A DNA stretch of 64,000 nucleotides from Acidimicrobiales bacterium (GTDB lineage Bacteria > Actinomycetota > Acidimicrobiia > Acidimicrobiales > JACDCH01). Positions within the stretch are counted from its first letter, which is position 1, and each line of letters begins with the position of its first letter. A program made the position numbers and the translations under genes. Shown here one piece after another: positions 1-9,707 of this stretch. The notes below the pieces were generated by a model that was not told the DNA's origin, did not search any database, and saw nothing but the letters and a program-made list of their open reading frames with translations. The stretch lies in NCBI GenBank assembly GCA_051000215.1, contig JBPCON010000051.1:9097-73096 (forward strand). The letters are read 5' to 3'.

Positions 1-1
1 G

Positions 2-904
2 AGCGCACCCCTACCGCCTGAGCTGACCGATCCAGCTCACCCGGAAGGCGCACCCGCCGAGCCCTCGACAGATGTCTTTGGTCTCGGGGCAGTCCTTCGG
101 GTCTTGGTGAGCGACGGGGCCTCAGAGCCCGAACCCATCCCTGAGCGCCGACTGTCCTTGGCTCGGATCCTCCATCCGTGGTCTGGCTACCACCAGCGAG
201 CACTGCTCAACGTGGCCGACCAAGCGACCGCTGACGATCCGGCACAGCGGCCCTCGGCGCGAGAGTTGGCCGCTGCCGTGCGAGCGATCGTCCCCGAGGC
301 CACTTCGACGGGACGCTCCCATCACGCTCACGACACGAGCGATCGCGAGTTGCCAATCGAGCCTCGCGACCTACTTCGGGAACGAGGGGGGCCGATCGCA
401 GCAGCGATCATCGGTTTGGCGCTTCTGTTCTTCGGTGTGTCAAGCCTTCTCGGCCAATCGCCGGGATCGAGCGCGCGAGCTCCTGGCGACCCGGGCGCAG
501 CAACTGCACCCGATGTGCAACCCACCCCGACATCCGCGTCGATGATCTGTTCGCCGATCGGCGGGCTTCCCGCGGCCGACCTCGACGGTGATGGATGCCC
601 GGACGACGCCGCTGTGATCGGCTGGGGCGTCGTCTCCGTCGGCTCGGTGCGGTTCGCAGTCGGCGAACATGACGACGCCGTGGCGCTCGGCGACTGGGAC
701 TGCGACGGGCTCGCCACGCCGGCCGTTCTCCAAGCAAGCTCCAAGGCGATCTATGAGTTCGCGAGTTGGGCGACGCCCGGTCAGGACTCGAGCGGAACGC
801 TCGTCGGGATTGCGCCCGACGCCGTCGAGCTTCGCGCTTCGCCCGACCTGTGCCCAACGCTTCAGGCGATAGGCGCCGACGGCTTGGTCGTACCACGCAC
901 ATGA
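2..904 (+). CDS. Ser/Thr protein kinase, C-terminal part (5' end outside window) with TM helix and FG-GAP-like ectodomain
   Basis: The frame is open from the window edge. Upstream of the listed TTG it reads ...STDVFGLGAVLRVLVSDG (Hanks subdomain IX-like) and RPSARELAAAV (subdomain XI-like). A TM helix (IAAAIIGLALLFFGVSSLL) follows, then an ectodomain with DLDGDGCPDD and GDWDCDG Ca-binding-type motifs. Confidence 0.75.
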   Translation, partial: SAPLPPELTDPAHPEGAPAEPSTDVFGLGAVLRVLVSDGASEPEPIPERRLSLARILHPWSGYHQRALLNVADQATADDPAQRPSARELAAAVRAIVPEATSTGRSHHAHDTSDRELPIEPRDLLRERGGPIAAAIIGLALLFFGVSSLLGQSPGSSARAPGDPGAATAPDVQPTPTSASMICSPIGGLPAADLDGDGCPDDAAVIGWGVVSVGSVRFAVGEHDDAVALGDWDCDGLATPAVLQASSKAIYEFASWATPGQDSSGTLVGIAPDAVELRASPDLCPTLQAIGADGLVVPRT

Positions 905-1713
905 GACCCCGAGGCGCCCTCGTTCTCACCTCGGCGGCCGGCCTGGTTTCGCTGCAGGTCACTGGTCGCGGCGAGCTTGCTCCACCCTCGGATCACTCGT
1001 TGGACGGTCTGCGACGCTGGGTCGAGACGAAGGGCGCGATCGTCGCGGCCTTCGGAATGCTGCGCGTCGTCGCCATGGCGGCGGGCTGTTACCTCATCCT
1101 GATAGCGACGCTCGGCGCGGTTGCGCGTCGGGGCAACTTCCGGCGCCTCGCGTTGCTTGTCGACGCATGCACCGTCCCGTCGTTGCGATCAGCGATCGGC
1201 GGCGCCGGGTTCACCACCCTCGTCGTGCTCGCCGGGGTCGGCGCTCCTCCCGCCGGCGCCGACCCCGGCGCCTCGCAACCCGACCGCGTGGTCGAGCTCG
1301 CGCCGCAGACTGCGCCGACGGCCGCGCCGCCCACGATGCGCGCCATCGGGGCGAACGCTGACCTGACGTCGACAACGACACCGACCGAAGCAGCGACAGC
1401 GATTGAGGGGGAGCCGACGCCAACCTCCGTAGCGGTCGCGGCTCCGCCAGCAACCATGCGACGACTCGAAGTGGCTGCTTCCTCTCCCGTTCCAGAACCA
1501 GCGAAGGCCGATGAAACCTGGACGATCGAGCCGGGCGAGAGCTTCTGGTCGGTGGCGCAGTCCCACCTCGACGAGACCCTCGGGCGCGCCGCTGACGATT
1601 CTGAAGTCGAGCGCTATTGGCTCACCCTCATGTCGAGCAACGCCGACGCCTCGCCGACAGGCGACCCGAACCTGCTCTACAGCGGGACGGTGTTGGTGCT
1701 GCCACCGGTCTGA
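901..1713 (+). CDS. membrane protein with C-terminal LysM-like domain
   Basis: ATG at 901 overlaps the kinase stop (ATGA). The protein has a TM segment (VAAFGMLRVVAMAAGCYLILIATLGAV), a Pro/Ala/Thr-rich linker, and a C-terminal WTIEPGESFWSVAQSHL...LLYSGTVLVLP LysM-like signature. The track ORF start at 766 is an over-extension into the kinase gene. Confidence 0.65.
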   Translation: MRPRGALVLTSAAGLVSLQVTGRGELAPPSDHSLDGLRRWVETKGAIVAAFGMLRVVAMAAGCYLILIATLGAVARRGNFRRLALLVDACTVPSLRSAIGGAGFTTLVVLAGVGAPPAGADPGASQPDRVVELAPQTAPTAAPPTMRAIGANADLTSTTTPTEAATAIEGEPTPTSVAVAAPPATMRRLEVAASSPVPEPAKADETWTIEPGESFWSVAQSHLDETLGRAADDSEVERYWLTLMSSNADASPTGDPNLLYSGTVLVLPPV

Positions 1714-2798
1714 TCTGGTGCACTGCGCAGGCGGAGCGCGACCTCGCTGGCGAGGAGCCGACCGCGCAGCGTGAGCACAGCTCGGCCGCCGTCGACCACG
1801 ACGAGGTCGCCGAGCTCCTTGGTGGGCAGCGCCTCGGTGGGCACACCCTGCGTCGTGCGCAACGCGAGCTCGAGGCGTTCGAAGTCACGCGTTGGCTTGT
1901 CGAGCTCCTCGGCACCGCCTTCGGCCGCGGTTCCGGACTCGATGGCGTCGAGGTAGCGCTCGGGCGTGCGCAGGTTCCACCAGCGGCGCCCGGCGCGATG
2001 CGAGTGCGCGGCGCAACCGAAGCCGAGATAGTCGCCCTGCTCCCAGTAGAGGAGGTTGTGGCGACACTCGTGGCCCGGCTTGGCCCAGTTGGAGATCTCG
2101 TACCAGTCGTAGCCGGCAGCGCCGAGCGCCTCAGTGGCCAGGATGTACTTGTCGGCCTGCTCGTCATCGTCGGGATGGCGAGCCTCGTCGGCGGCAAGGG
2201 GAGTGCCGGGCTCGACGGTGAGCGCGTACGCGGAGACGTGCGGCGGGTCGAGGGCGACGACCTCATCGAGGGTGCGGCGCCAGTCGTCGAGCGATTCGCC
2301 GACGGCGCCGTAGATCACGTCGAGGTTGAAGGAGGCGAACCCTGAGTCGCGCGCGCCAACGACCGCCGCGCGCACGTTGGCCGGGTCGTGGGTGCGACCG
2401 AGGGCCGCGAGCACATGCGGGACCATCGACTGCACCCCGAACGACAAGCGGTTGACCCCACCGGCGCGATAGGCAGCGAGCAGCGCGGGGGTCACGGTGT
2501 CGGGGTTGCACTCGATCGTCACCTCGGCGTCGGGCCTGCGCGGGACGCGATCGAGCACGGCAAGCAGTTGCTCGGCCGGCACCAGCGACGGCGTGCCGCC
2601 GCCGACGAACAGCGATGTGGGCTCGGGCATGCCCGCCACGACAGCGCGCTCGACCTCGGCTCGACACGCGCGCAGGTAGCGCTCGACGAGCTCTCCCCTG
2701 TCGGTCCAAGTGGCAAACGCGCAGTAGTCGCAGCGCTTCGCGCAGAACGGCACGTGAAGGTATACGCCGAAAGCGGATTCGACATCGGCTGCGGTCAT
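1677..2798 (-). CDS. hemW: radical SAM heme chaperone HemW (HemN-like, oxygen-independent coproporphyrinogen oxidase family)
   Basis: N-terminus MTAADVESAFGVYLHVPFCAKRCDYCAF carries the CxxxCxxC radical-SAM motif and the rest is HemN/HemW-like. Start moved to the ATG at 2798, which overlaps the rsmE stop (ATGA). Confidence 0.9.
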   Translation of the reverse strand: MTAADVESAFGVYLHVPFCAKRCDYCAFATWTDRGELVERYLRACRAEVERAVVAGMPEPTSLFVGGGTPSLVPAEQLLAVLDRVPRRPDAEVTIECNPDTVTPALLAAYRAGGVNRLSFGVQSMVPHVLAALGRTHDPANVRAAVVGARDSGFASFNLDVIYGAVGESLDDWRRTLDEVVALDPPHVSAYALTVEPGTPLAADEARHPDDDEQADKYILATEALGAAGYDWYEISNWAKPGHECRHNLLYWEQGDYLGFGCAAHSHRAGRRWWNLRTPERYLDAIESGTAAEGGAEELDKPTRDFERLELALRTTQGVPTEALPTKELGDLVVVDGGRAVLTLRGRLLASEVALRLRSAPDQTGGSTNTVPL

Positions 2799-3490
2799 GC
2801 TTCGGCCGGCCCGCTCACGCCAGCAACGATCCCGGCCCGGAGCGCGCCAAGGATGGAAGCTGCAGCGAGCGTCGCTGTCTCCGCCCGCAGGACAGTCGGG
2901 CCGAGCGCGACTGTTGGCAGGCCGACCGCGAGCTCCTCGTGTGCCCACCCGCCTTCCGGGCCGACGAGCACGGACGGCAACGCGAGGGTGGGAGTCGCGC
3001 CGCCGCGCTCGCACAGCGCGGTGCCGCCGACAGCGACCGCCGCGAACGTCAAAACTTGCTCGATTGTCGGAAGCCTCGTGGCGCGGCTCTGCATCGCGGC
3101 CTCGCGCGAGACAACCGTCAGCCGCTCGTGCGCGCGCTCTGCCTTCGCGCCTTCCCAGCGCACGACGGATCGTGCTGCCGTGAAGGGGATGATCCGGTCG
3201 ATGCCCAGCTCCGTCAGCTTCTGCACGACGAGCTCGGGCCGTTCGCCCTTCACGAGCGCGAAGCCGACGGTGAGGCGCGGAGATGGCTCCGGATCAGCCA
3301 ACGCTTCGGCGACGGGCTCGAGCTCGGGCCCGAAGCGACACAGCCGCCAGCTCCCGATGCCGTCGCTCACCGTCATCTCGTCACCGGCGCGCAGGCGCAG
3401 CACCCGCTCGATGTGATGGCGGTCGCGCTGGCTCAGCTCCGGCGCGGCCAGGTCGGTGACGAAGGCGTGCGCCCGACGCGTCATGTCCAC
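2795..3490 (-). CDS. rsmE: 16S rRNA (uracil1498-N3)-methyltransferase RsmE
   Basis: RsmE-like N-terminus (RRAHAFV...HHIERVLRLRAGDEMTVSDG), a C-terminal GPEGG motif (VLVGPEGGWAHEE), and the conserved dnaJ-rsmE context. GTG at 3490; an alternative ATG lies at 3484. Confidence 0.85.
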   Translation of the reverse strand: MDMTRRAHAFVTDLAAPELSQRDRHHIERVLRLRAGDEMTVSDGIGSWRLCRFGPELEPVAEALADPEPSPRLTVGFALVKGERPELVVQKLTELGIDRIIPFTAARSVVRWEGAKAERAHERLTVVSREAAMQSRATRLPTIEQVLTFAAVAVGGTALCERGGATPTLALPSVLVGPEGGWAHEELAVGLPTVALGPTVLRAETATLAAASILGALRAGIVAGVSGPAEA

Positions 3491-3496
3491 GACGCG

Positions 3497-4600
3497 TCAG
3501 CGGAACGCTGAGCGGATCTTCGAGAGGAAGCCCGTGTCGGCCGGGGCGACCTCTTCTCCTCTTGCGACTGCGATCTGGCGCAGGAGATCCTCTTCGTCGC
3601 GGCCGAGCTCGTCGGGTGTGTCGACGACCACCTGCACGAGCAGGTCGCCGCGGCCGCGGCCCTCGAGGTGGGGCACGCCGCGGCCGCGGAGACGAAAGAC
3701 GCGACCCGTCTGGGTGCCGCGCGGGACGACAAGGTCCTCGGTGCCGTCGAGGGTCTCGAAGCGCAGGTGGGCTCCGAGCGCAGCTTGGGTGAAGGGCACG
3801 TGCAGCTCGTGAACGATGTCGTATCCCTGGCGCGCGAAGCGCTGGTGGCTCCGCACCTTGACGTGCACGTAGAGATCGCCGAATCCGCCGCCGCGGATGC
3901 CTGCTGCGCCGCGCCCGCCGAGGCGCAGCGTCGAGCCGGTGTCGACACCAGCCGGGATGTCGACGGTGTAGGTCTTGTCGGTGATCTGACGACCCTCGCC
4001 GCGGCACGTGGGGCACGGTTTGGGGATGATCTGGCCCATGCCGTTGCAGCGCTGGCATGGGCCGGCTGTCACCATCTGACCGAGGATCGACTGGCGCACG
4101 CGCCGCACTTGCCCGGCGCCGCCACAGTCACCACAGGTCGTTGGGTGTGAGCCGGGTTCGGCCCCGCTCGCCTGGCACACCTCACACGCGACGGCCGTAC
4201 GCACGGCGATCGGCTCCTGACCGCCGAACACCGCCACCTCGAAGTCGATCTCGGCGACGACCTCGAGGTCGGTCCCGCGTGGGGGTCCGCCCTGGCGCCC
4301 TCCCCCACCCTGCCCGCCGAAGAACGCGTCGAAGAGATCGCCGAGGCCACCACCCCCGCCAAATCCGAACGGGTCGGCCGCGCCCGCTGCGCCCTCGGGC
4401 CCGTAGCGGTCATAACGTGCCCGACGCTCAGGATCCGACAGCGTCTCGTACGCGACAGCGATCTCCTTGAACTGCGCCGAGGCGCTCGGGTCGGGGTTCG
4501 TGTCGGGGTGCAGCTTCAACGCAAGCGCGCGGTAGGAGCGCTTGATCTCATCGGGCGTCGCGCCCCGATCGACGCCGAGCAGCGCGTAGTAGTCGGCCAT
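3497..4600 (-). CDS. dnaJ: molecular chaperone DnaJ
   Basis: J-domain MADYYALLGVDRGATPDEIKRSYRALALKLHPD, a G/F-rich region, and four CxxCxG zinc-finger repeats (CEVCQASG, CGDCGGAG, CQRCNGMG, CPTCRGEG). Start at the ATG at 4600, sharing 1 nt with the hrcA stop. Confidence 0.95.
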   Translation of the reverse strand: MADYYALLGVDRGATPDEIKRSYRALALKLHPDTNPDPSASAQFKEIAVAYETLSDPERRARYDRYGPEGAAGAADPFGFGGGGGLGDLFDAFFGGQGGGGRQGGPPRGTDLEVVAEIDFEVAVFGGQEPIAVRTAVACEVCQASGAEPGSHPTTCGDCGGAGQVRRVRQSILGQMVTAGPCQRCNGMGQIIPKPCPTCRGEGRQITDKTYTVDIPAGVDTGSTLRLGGRGAAGIRGGGFGDLYVHVKVRSHQRFARQGYDIVHELHVPFTQAALGAHLRFETLDGTEDLVVPRGTQTGRVFRLRGRGVPHLEGRGRGDLLVQVVVDTPDELGRDEEDLLRQIAVARGEEVAPADTGFLSKIRSAFR

Positions 4601-5598
4601 CAGTCGGTGAGGTGGTCGCTCAGCCGCTTCGATACGACAGCGACCGCGGCCAGCGCTTGCGGGTAGTCCATGCGGGTCGGGCCGAGCACACCGATGGATC
4701 CGACCTCGTGCCCTTCGACCTCGTAGGGAGCGACGACGAGTGAGCACTCGGCCAGCGGCTCGAAGCCGGTCTCCGCGCCGATCGCCACGTGCAGGCCGCG
4801 GTCGAGCACGTCGCGCAAGACGGTGACGACCACGTATTGCTGCTCAAGGATGCCGAGCACCTCGCGGACCGTCTCGACAGCATCGAAGGCTGAGGCCATG
4901 CGCGAGGCGCCGCCGACGAAGACATGCTCGGGTTCGCCGGCCGGCGTCGTACGCAGCGCATCGAGGGCGGCGTCGACGATCGAGTCGGTGGCCGCGTCGC
5001 CGGTTGGTCGCGCGCCACTCGTCACGCCATCGCTCAACGCCCGACCGATCAGCTGCGCCGACAGGTGTGCCGTGGCCGCGCCGACGCGCTCGTCGCCCGA
5101 CCCATCGCCGACGGTGATGCTGCGCTTCTCGACCGACCCGTTCGAGAGGACAGCGACCACGAGCGCGACACCGGCAGACAGACCGACGAGCTGAACCGAG
5201 CGCACCTGCGCTGCCTCGTGCTGCGGGCCGATGACGACGGCCGTGTGCGCAGTGAGGTCGGAGAGCAGGCGGCTCGTGTCATGGAGCATCTGCTCGAGCT
5301 CACCGTGCGCCTTGGCGAAGAACGAACGGACCTGTTGCACCTGGCCGCTACCGAGCGGTGTCGGACCAGCCAGGGTGTCGACGAACCACCGGTAGCCCTT
5401 GTCTGTCGGCACCCGACCGGCCGACGTGTGCGGCTGGAGCAGGTAGCCGTCGCTCTCGAGCGCCGCCATCTCGTTGCGCACCGTTGCCGAAGACACGTTG
5501 AGCGGGGGCGCGATGTGACTCGAGCCCACGGGTTGGGCGGTGTCGATGTACTCCTCCACCACAGCTCGGAGGATGGCGGCCTTGCGTTCGTCGAGCAT
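4600..5598 (-). CDS. hrcA: heat-inducible transcription repressor HrcA
   Basis: N-terminal wHTH MLDERKAAILRAVVEEYIDTAQPVGS, full-length HrcA-like sequence, and the hrcA-dnaJ context. Start moved to the ATG at 5598. Confidence 0.9.
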   Translation of the reverse strand: MLDERKAAILRAVVEEYIDTAQPVGSSHIAPPLNVSSATVRNEMAALESDGYLLQPHTSAGRVPTDKGYRWFVDTLAGPTPLGSGQVQQVRSFFAKAHGELEQMLHDTSRLLSDLTAHTAVVIGPQHEAAQVRSVQLVGLSAGVALVVAVLSNGSVEKRSITVGDGSGDERVGAATAHLSAQLIGRALSDGVTSGARPTGDAATDSIVDAALDALRTTPAGEPEHVFVGGASRMASAFDAVETVREVLGILEQQYVVVTVLRDVLDRGLHVAIGAETGFEPLAECSLVVAPYEVEGHEVGSIGVLGPTRMDYPQALAAVAVVSKRLSDHLTD

Positions 5599-5677
5599 CT
5601 CGGTGTTGGCGGGCGAAAGAGCTCCGCCGGCGCCGCCATCGTACCGCCGACAAGCGGCTGTGCCCGCGACGCCGGGC

Positions 5678-7516
5678 TCAGTCCTCCAGGCGCAGCGCGG
5701 AGATGAACGCCTCTTGTGGCACCTCGACACGCCCGATGTTCTTCATCTTCTTCTTGCCCTCCTTCTGCTTCTCGAGCAGCTTGCGCTTGCGGGAGATGTC
5801 GCCGCCGTAGCACTTCGCGATCACGTCCTTGCGCTTCGCCTTGACCGTCTCGCGAGCGATGATGCGCCCGCCGATCGCCGCTTGGATCGGCACGTCGAAC
5901 ATCTGCCTCGGGATCAGCTCCTTGAGCTTCTCGGCCATGCGCCGCCCATAGTCGTACGCCTTGTCCCGGTGCACGATCGAGCTGAACGCGTCGGCGATGA
6001 CGCTGTTGAGCAGGATGTCGACGCGCACGAGCGCGGCCCGCTCGTGCCCGGCCGGCTCGTAGTCGAGGCTGGCGTAACCCTGGGTGCGCGACTTCAGCTG
6101 ATCGAAGAAGTCGATGACGACCTCCGCGAGGGGGACGCGGTAGTGCAGCTCGACACGTTCGGGCGACAGGTACTCGAGCTTGCCCATCTCGCCACGTCGT
6201 TGTTGGCACAGCTCCATAAGCGTGCCCGTGTAGTCGGTGGGCGTGAGGATGCTTATGCCGAGTATCGGCTCTTCGATGTGGTCGATCTCCTGGGCGCTCG
6301 GCATCTCGGCCGGGCTGTGGGCCTCGAAGACGCTGCCGTCGGTCTTGTGCACCAGGTAGGCGACGCTCGGTGCTGTCGCGATGAGGCTCAGGTTGAACTC
6401 CCGCTCGAGGCGCTCGCGCACGATCTCCATGTGCAACAGGCCGAGGAACCCGCAGCGAAAGCCGAAGCCCAACGCCTGACTCGACTCGGGCGCATAGGTG
6501 AACGAGGAGTCGTTGAGGCGCAGCCGCTCGAGCGACTCACGCAGCGTCGAGAACTCGTCGCCGTCGATCGGGTAGAGCCCACAGAACACCATCGGCTTGG
6601 GCTCGCGGTACCCAGACAACGGCTCGGGCGCGCCGCGCAGCGCTGTCGTGACCGTCTCACCGGAGCGCGCCTCGCCTACGTCTTTGATGCTGGCGATGAG
6701 ATAACCGACCTCGCCGGGCCCGAGGCTCGCGACGGGAGTGCTGTCGGGATCGCGCACGCCGATCTCCTCGGCGTCGTGCACAGCCCCGGCCTGCATGAAG
6801 CGCAGCCGCGCTCCGGTCACGAGCCGACCGTTCACGACACGCACGGAGGAGACGACGCCGCGGTACTGGTCGTAGTGCGAGTCGAATATCAGGCCTTGCA
6901 AGGGCGCATCCTCATCGCCTTCGGGTGGGGGTATCCGCTCGACGATGGCATCGAGCAGCTCGGGCACCCCTTCGCCGGTCTTGGCGCTGAGACGGAGGAT
7001 CTGCTCGGCGGGTATGCCGAGCACCTTCTCGATCTCGGCTGCGTACTTGTCCGGCTCGGCGGCGGGGAGGTCGATCTTGTTGAGCGCGGCGACGATCTCG
7101 AGGTCATTCTCGAGAGCCAGGTAGCAGTTGGCCAGCGTCTGCGCCTCGATCCCCTGCGCGGCGTCAACGAGCAGGATCACCCCCTCGCACGCGGCGAGCG
7201 ACCGCGACACCTCGTAGCCGAAGTCGACGTGGCCTGGTGTATCGATGAGGTTGAGCACGTGGCCCTTCCAGTCGAGCCGCACCGACTGGAGCTTGATGGT
7301 GATGCCACGCTCTCGTTCGATGTCCATCGAGTCGAGGTACTGCGCTCGCATGTCGCGCAGGTCGACCGCCCCGCAGATCTCGAGGAAGCGGTCGGCGAGG
7401 GTGCTCTTGCCGTGGTCGACGTGCGCCACGATGGCCAGGTCGCGGTAGCGGTCGAGGGTGCTCACGGCCCTGCGACGGTACCAATACGCACGCGCGGCCC
7501 CGACCGCGTGTGACAT
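5678..7516 (-). CDS. lepA: translation elongation factor 4 (LepA)
   Basis: G1 motif [28 protein letters not shown] and a LepA C-terminal domain. ATG at 7516; an alternative GTG at 7465 gives VSTLDRYR.... Confidence 0.93.
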   Translation of the reverse strand: MSHAVGAARAYWYRRRAVSTLDRYRDLAIVAHVDHGKSTLADRFLEICGAVDLRDMRAQYLDSMDIERERGITIKLQSVRLDWKGHVLNLIDTPGHVDFGYEVSRSLAACEGVILLVDAAQGIEAQTLANCYLALENDLEIVAALNKIDLPAAEPDKYAAEIEKVLGIPAEQILRLSAKTGEGVPELLDAIVERIPPPEGDEDAPLQGLIFDSHYDQYRGVVSSVRVVNGRLVTGARLRFMQAGAVHDAEEIGVRDPDSTPVASLGPGEVGYLIASIKDVGEARSGETVTTALRGAPEPLSGYREPKPMVFCGLYPIDGDEFSTLRESLERLRLNDSSFTYAPESSQALGFGFRCGFLGLLHMEIVRERLEREFNLSLIATAPSVAYLVHKTDGSVFEAHSPAEMPSAQEIDHIEEPILGISILTPTDYTGTLMELCQQRRGEMGKLEYLSPERVELHYRVPLAEVVIDFFDQLKSRTQGYASLDYEPAGHERAALVRVDILLNSVIADAFSSIVHRDKAYDYGRRMAEKLKELIPRQMFDVPIQAAIGGRIIARETVKAKRKDVIAKCYGGDISRKRKLLEKQKEGKKKMKNIGRVEVPQEAFISALRLED

Positions 7517-7576
7517 CGAGGGGCGGGCGCCAGTACCATCTCCCGGCTCCCCGAGAACGCAGGTGAGGAACCCGTC

Positions 7577-7855
7577 GTGGCCAACATCAAGAGCCAGATC
7601 AAGCGCAACCGCCAGACCGAGAAGCGCAACGCCCGCAACAAGGCCGTGCGCTCCGAGCTGAAGACGCGTGTCAAGGTGGCGCTCGCCAAGGGTGAAGCCG
7701 GAGCAGAAGACGCCACCGCCGCGGCTCGCCTCGCCACCAAGCGCATCGACAAAGCAGCGGCCAAGGGTGTCATCCACAAGAACGGTGCAGCACGCCGCAA
7801 GTCACGCCTCGCCAAGCGCCTGAACAAGGCTGCAGCGGCGACCGGCGAGACCTGA
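7577..7855 (+). CDS. rpsT: 30S ribosomal protein S20
   Basis: [30 protein letters not shown] is a typical S20 N-terminus. The GTG start is preceded by AGGTGAGGA. Confidence 0.93.
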   Translation: MANIKSQIKRNRQTEKRNARNKAVRSELKTRVKVALAKGEAGAEDATAAARLATKRIDKAAAKGVIHKNGAARRKSRLAKRLNKAAAATGET

Positions 7856-7875
7856 CCCGTCGCACCTCGTTCAGC

Positions 7876-8865
7876 TCAGCGCGCCGCCGCGCTGAGGTTG
7901 GCCAGGCGAGCGACGAGCACCTCCATCACGAGCTCGTCGGGCCAGGCGCGTTCGCCACGCAGATCTCGGTCGGCCCGAGCGAGCAACCCGACTGCAGCGC
8001 CCACCCGTCCCGAGCCGAGCCGGCGAGCCTGCTCCAGCGCCTTCTTGGCCGGGAACGTCGAACCCTTGAGCCCGAGCAGCGAGGCCGCGTCCTTCTCCCC
8101 GCGCACCTCGGCGCCGTCGAGTGCAAGCATGCGGGTGTAGTGCGCCGTGAGGGTGGCCATGAGCTGGAGTGCATGGCGCTCGCCGCCGCCGAGCATGCGG
8201 TGCAGGCGCTCGATCGCGAGCGCGATGTCGCCCCGGTCCAGAGCGTCGGTCAGCTCCCACGGGGCGATGCCTCCGGCCTCGCCCAAGTACGGGGTGATGT
8301 CGTCGATGTCGAGCTTCGCGCCCGGGCCGAATGTGCTCTCGAGCGTGGCGAGGACGCCCGCGACGCGAGCACGGTCCTCGCCCACCGTGTCAGCGAAGGC
8401 CGTCGCCGCGGGCGCGTCGAGCCGCACCGAGGCCGCAGCGAGCTGGTCGTGGAACCATGCTTGCTGGGCCTTGGCGTTGTAGCCGGGCGAGGCGTCGAGC
8501 AGCACGCCGCCGCTCGCCTTGATGACATCCAGCAGCGTCTTGGGCACCCGGCCGCTGGTCCACACCAACACCAACGAGGTCGTCGGCAACGGATCATCGA
8601 GGTAGCCGACGAGCGGTGCGATGGCCTCGACGGTGGCGAATCGATGCACGTCGCGTCCGACCACCACCCGTTTGGCGGTGAGGAAGGGTGGGGTCTGCGC
8701 TGCGTCGACGAGCGCTGCGAGTGGGTAGTCATCGCCCTCGAGCTCTTCGACGGCCAAGCTGCGATCTTCGTCACCGATGAGCTCGTCGACAAGGCTCACA
8801 ACGGCGTCGCGCACCAGCGACTCCTCGTCACCGCGCACGAGGTGGACCGCGACGTGCGCGCTCAT
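7876..8865 (-). CDS. holA: DNA polymerase III subunit delta
   Basis: HolA-like sequence of about 330 aa (VHLVRGDEESLVRDAVVSLVDELIG...) in the conserved position next to rpsT and comEC. ATG at 8865 overlaps the folP stop (ATGA). Confidence 0.85.
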   Translation of the reverse strand: MSAHVAVHLVRGDEESLVRDAVVSLVDELIGDEDRSLAVEELEGDDYPLAALVDAAQTPPFLTAKRVVVGRDVHRFATVEAIAPLVGYLDDPLPTTSLVLVWTSGRVPKTLLDVIKASGGVLLDASPGYNAKAQQAWFHDQLAAASVRLDAPAATAFADTVGEDRARVAGVLATLESTFGPGAKLDIDDITPYLGEAGGIAPWELTDALDRGDIALAIERLHRMLGGGERHALQLMATLTAHYTRMLALDGAEVRGEKDAASLLGLKGSTFPAKKALEQARRLGSGRVGAAVGLLARADRDLRGERAWPDELVMEVLVARLANLSAAAR

Positions 8866-9698
8866 GCCGCGGCCAGGATGCGCGCCATCGTGTCGGCGAT
8901 GCGGCGAGCGGCGCGCACGTCGTGGGCGCGCACGACTCGGCATCCGAGCGCGATGCCCATCGCGTGTGCCGCGTTGGTCGCATCGCGACGGTCGTCGATG
9001 TCGGTGGCGAGCAATGCACCGAGGAAGCGCTTGTTCGACGCCGAGAGGAGCACGGGGTAGCCAAGCTCCACGAGGTCGTCCGATGCGCGCAGCAACCTGA
9101 GCGACTGCGCCTCTGTCTTGCCGAGGTCGAGGCCGGCATCCACCATGATCCGCGAGCGGGCGATGCCAGCAGCCTCAGCGCGCGCTGCACGCTCGCCGAG
9201 GAACTGGCGCACGGTGGCGACGACATCGCCGTACGCCGGGCTCGGGTCGGCGATCCTTGGGCGCAGCCGGATGTGTGTGGCCACCACGGACGCTTCGGCC
9301 GCGGCACACACCGCGAGATAGTCGGGGTCGACGAAACCGCTGATGTCGTTGCCGACGCACGCGCCAGCCTCGAACGATGCTGCGGCGACCGATGCCCGCC
9401 ACGTGTCGACCGACAGCGCCACGTCGAAGCGGCTGTGCAACGCCTCGATGGCCGGGACGACGCGATCGAGCTCTTCACGTTCATCGACCTCGGGGCCCGG
9501 GCCTGCCTTCACGCCGCCGACGTCGAGCACATCGGCACCTTCAGCCACGAGCGCTTCGGCCTTGCGCAAGAAGCCGTCGAAGTCGTAGTAGCTGCCCCGG
9601 TCGTAGAAGGAGTCGGGCGTCCGGTTCAGTATCCCCATCACGATCGCCCGGTTCGCGACGTCAAAGGTGGTTGCGCCCAGCTCCAACTCCGTCGCCAC
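8862..9698 (-). CDS. folP: dihydropteroate synthase family protein (FolP2-like paralog)
   Basis: Pterin-binding DHPS fold motifs MGILNRTPDSFYDRG, DVGGVKAGPG, SVDTW, SNKRFLG and VRAHDV. GTG start at 9698. Confidence 0.85.
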   Translation of the reverse strand: MATELELGATTFDVANRAIVMGILNRTPDSFYDRGSYYDFDGFLRKAEALVAEGADVLDVGGVKAGPGPEVDEREELDRVVPAIEALHSRFDVALSVDTWRASVAAASFEAGACVGNDISGFVDPDYLAVCAAAEASVVATHIRLRPRIADPSPAYGDVVATVRQFLGERAARAEAAGIARSRIMVDAGLDLGKTEAQSLRLLRASDDLVELGYPVLLSASNKRFLGALLATDIDDRRDATNAAHAMGIALGCRVVRAHDVRAARRIADTMARILAAA

Positions 9699-9707
9699 CC
9701 CCGAAAC

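Noticed and set aside
5540-7513. 657-aa + strand ORF
   Set aside because: It is exactly antisense to lepA, whose translation carries unmistakable GTPase motifs. The antisense translation is Arg/Ala/Leu/Asp-rich low complexity with no motifs. This is a typical high-GC shadow ORF.
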